Assembly: GCA_963664395.2 (NCBI GenBank) | Contig: OY761159.2 | Coordinates: forward strand, 1,344,001 to 1,408,000 | Source of the DNA: Candidatus Binatia bacterium | GTDB lineage: Bacteria; Desulfobacterota; Binatia; Bin18 | Direction of reading: 5' to 3' | Length of the DNA stretch: 64,000 nucleotides | Part shown: positions 61,669 through 64,000 of the stretch, piece by piece | Position numbering within the stretch: the first letter of the stretch is position 1 | Layout of the letters: each line of letters starts with the position of its first letter | Position numbers and translations under genes: made by a program | Notes under the pieces: model-generated | What the model saw: only the letters and a program-made list of their open reading frames with translations | Databases searched by the model: none | Told to the model about the DNA's origin: nothing

Positions 61669-61698
61669 TTGACACCAGAGCGTCAAGATTCCTAGAAT
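61669..61698 (+). promoter_or_regulatory. Sigma70-type promoter overlapped by a TTGAC-N8-GTCAA palindrome
   Basis: TTGACA (61669), 18-bp spacer, TAGAAT (61693). Confidence 0.55.
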
Positions 61699-61754
61699 GC
61701 GCTCACTCCTAGCCCCCGCCGCGTGAGCAAAAGGAGACGATCAAGGAAACCATC

Positions 61755-62390
61755 ATGGAGACCATCATGGGGAAGTCCATCCTGACCTTATCTCACTCAT
61801 ACGGTAGCGGCGGCAGCCTGATTGCCCGCACTGTGGGCCGGCGCTTGAACTGGACGGTCTGGGAAAAAGAGATCGTGCGGCAGATCGCCTCGCAGTATCA
61901 AGTCTCGGAAGACTACATTGAGGCAAAAGACGAGCGGGTTGACTCGTTTATTGAACGGATGGTCGGTCTGTTCGGCCTGGGCGGCTTTGAGTCCGCCTAC
62001 GATATTCCGCCGCCCCTCTGGCTCAACGATGCGCAACTTGTCCGCATGACCAAAACTATTGTCGAAGAGGTTGCCCAAAGAGGGAACACCATTCTTGTGG
62101 GCCGAGGTGGAAATCGCATCCTTGAGCACCACCCAAACGCCCTGCACGTTTTCCTGCACGCTCCGCTCGAAACTCGCCTGGAGCGCATGGTACAGGCCGA
62201 AGGCCTGGACCGAGCCAAAGCCCGGCAGCGTATTGTCGGCATGGACAAACTCCGGGCAGATTACGTCCACACCTTCTACCACGACGATTGGCGCGACCCG
62301 AGCCATTACAACCTGACGATCGATTCCAGCCGCTGGGGTGATGCCGGGACTGCCGACCTGATCATGTGGGCCTTGGAGCATATTCAGTAG
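61755..62390 (+). CDS. Cytidylate kinase-like family protein
   Basis: LTLSHSYGSGG, ILVGRGG, HVFLHAP, YNLTIDSS. Confidence 0.88.
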   Translation: METIMGKSILTLSHSYGSGGSLIARTVGRRLNWTVWEKEIVRQIASQYQVSEDYIEAKDERVDSFIERMVGLFGLGGFESAYDIPPPLWLNDAQLVRMTKTIVEEVAQRGNTILVGRGGNRILEHHPNALHVFLHAPLETRLERMVQAEGLDRAKARQRIVGMDKLRADYVHTFYHDDWRDPSHYNLTIDSSRWGDAGTADLIMWALEHIQ

Positions 62391-62425
62391 CTCAGCGGCG
62401 CCTCCCACCTATCAGGACTTCCGCG

Positions 62426-63649
62426 ATGAATCCCGTCCAGCCCTTTCTCAACAATGAGCGCGGCCCGGACCACGCCCTTCTATGTGCCCCTATTCTGCCC
62501 GCTATTGCTGAGCAGGCCGCCCAGGCAGACCAGACTCGCAGCGTCGCTCCACACGTGATCGCAGCCATCAAAAACACCGACCTTATTCGGGCGTCAGCCA
62601 CCCGTAATATTGGTGGCATAGAGGCCGGTATTGGGGCGATCGCGCAGGAACTTGAAGCCGTGGCAGGGGCCTGTGCCTCAACCGCCTGGTGTCTGTGGAA
62701 CCACTTGTGCGTGTTCCATTTCATCTGTGGTCAACTCGGCCCGGATGGGAGTGGCGTCCTGCGGCAGATTGTCGCCCAGCGTGAATGGGTCAGTTTTCCC
62801 GCTGGAGCAGGCACCGGCGTACACGGAAAAATTGACGGGGAAGACCTGATTCTCAATGGTCGGGCCAGCTTTGCCTCCGGCGCTCGCTATGGAGATTGGG
62901 CCGCCTGCTTGTTTGCGCTGGAGCGGAGTACGCAACAGCCCGGCGAAAAACCGGACCTGCGCTTTACCGTTGTCCGTACCCATGCCCAGGGCGTATCCGT
63001 TGACCCAACCTGGCTCTCAATGAGCCTGCGCGCCTCGGCAACCGACCACATCAATTATGAGGCAGTGACCGTTCCGGCCGCGTTGATCCGGCCCTTTCCC
63101 ATAGATTTTCGAGTGCAATTTCGAGACGCGGACCGCCCGATGGTCGCGCATCGCTACCGTGAAGACTGGACTGCGGTGTCCGATCTCTGGCTTGGCGCGC
63201 AGGCCGTTGGGGTGGCCGCCGCGGCGTTGGAGGAAGCCTGCCAAGAGCTGAGCGGCCGGATTGCCATCTTCGGGACCAAAGTCGCCGAACGGCCCGCGGT
63301 CCAGCTCAATATAGGCCAGGCCGGAGCCGCCATTACCTCCGCCCGCGCCGCCGTCCTGACGGGCTGTGCGGAAACAGACGCGCGGATTGAGTCGGGTATC
63401 ATCCCGACGGAGGCGGATTATCTGCGTCAGCTTGGCTATAGCATGACAGCGCTTCGGCTATGTGACGACGCCATGCGGCTACTGCTGCGCGTCCAGGGTG
63501 GGAATGGCTTGCGTGAAGGTGGCTCTTTCGAGCGCCGCTATCGTGACTTTCAGGCCATGCCGCTGCATATCAACGCCCATCCCGACCGGGTAGCGGAACT
63601 GGTTGGGAAACACTTATTAGGCGTAGACAACGACGCCCCGTTTCAGTAG
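62426..63649 (+). CDS. Acyl-CoA dehydrogenase-fold flavin monooxygenase (HsaA/DszC-like)
   Basis: AGACASTAW, NGRASFASG, WLSMSLRASATD, FERRYRDFQAMPLH. Confidence 0.82.
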   Translation: MNPVQPFLNNERGPDHALLCAPILPAIAEQAAQADQTRSVAPHVIAAIKNTDLIRASATRNIGGIEAGIGAIAQELEAVAGACASTAWCLWNHLCVFHFICGQLGPDGSGVLRQIVAQREWVSFPAGAGTGVHGKIDGEDLILNGRASFASGARYGDWAACLFALERSTQQPGEKPDLRFTVVRTHAQGVSVDPTWLSMSLRASATDHINYEAVTVPAALIRPFPIDFRVQFRDADRPMVAHRYREDWTAVSDLWLGAQAVGVAAAALEEACQELSGRIAIFGTKVAERPAVQLNIGQAGAAITSARAAVLTGCAETDARIESGIIPTEADYLRQLGYSMTALRLCDDAMRLLLRVQGGNGLREGGSFERRYRDFQAMPLHINAHPDRVAELVGKHLLGVDNDAPFQ

Positions 63650-63673
63650 TCTTCCCCACTCTCCTCCCACTAA

Positions 63674-63729
63674 TAATCCCCTCTTGGGAGGGATGGTCCT
63701 GAGCTTGTCGAAGGGCCGGGGTGGGTTTC
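63674..63729 (-). repeat. Dispersed 56-bp repeat, copy 2
   Basis: Reverse complement matches 14058-14113 at 51/56. Confidence 0.9.
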
Positions 63730-63768
63730 TCTCACGCATGCCCTATCCGTAGATCCATCCCGCCCCTA

Positions 63769-64000
63769 CTAGAAAAACACCGTCAGCCCGCTGCGGACAT
63801 TGAGGCCGTAGCCGGACACTATATTCGTATCCGATATCCCCGGCCCGCCGCCATTGATGGGACACCGACGGTCTGTGCCGACTTCGTGCCGGAGACAGGA
63901 GTCCGTGGCAAACTGTGTCTCTCGCCAATTGGTGTCGGCGAGGTTGAGCACATCAAGGGACACCTCGATGTTGCGCCAGCGGTAACGCACGAGCAGGTCG
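63769..64000 (-). CDS. TonB-dependent receptor, C-terminal end (partial)
   Basis: SLDVLNLADTNWRETQF...NVRSGLTVFF barrel C-terminus with terminal Phe. Confidence 0.75.
   Translation of the reverse strand, partial: DLLVRYRWRNIEVSLDVLNLADTNWRETQFATDSCLRHEVGTDRRCPINGGGPGISDTNIVSGYGLNVRSGLTVFF

Overview
Gene-dense, GC-rich bacterial chromosomal segment. Its gene content (LLM oxidoreductases, fused CoA-transferase, NorD-like VWA protein, OprP porin with PstSCAB) suggests a deltaproteobacteria/Binatota-like organism; this is an inference. No rRNA, tRNA, CRISPR array or intact transposase was seen. Main blocks: (i) an apparent LptF-LptG fusion split by a ~3x tandem repeat, then pcm, a nitrosocyanin-like cupredoxin, a frameshifted uvrB and a CBS-less KdsD; (ii) catabolic enzymes, pfkA and aspS; (iii) a minus-strand run of moeB-like, cysO-like, cysM, degenerate moeB-like, cysD, cysNC, PhoX-like and a di-heme protein; (iv) a phosphate locus (ppk1, mgtE, acr3, lone receiver, oprP, pstSCAB, phoU, phoBR) with four 11-bp-periodic Pho-box arrays and two candidate sRNAs with anti-Shine-Dalgarno loops; (v) housekeeping genes with a yefM/broken yoeB pair. 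The leading novel candidates are a complementary pair of split E1-like (MoeB/ThiF) subunits resembling eukaryotic heterodimeric E1, PhoB-controlled Acr3 and a Pho-box-driven structured RNA, and a possibly permuted PhoX paired with a di-heme protein. Several frameshifts look like read or assembly errors.
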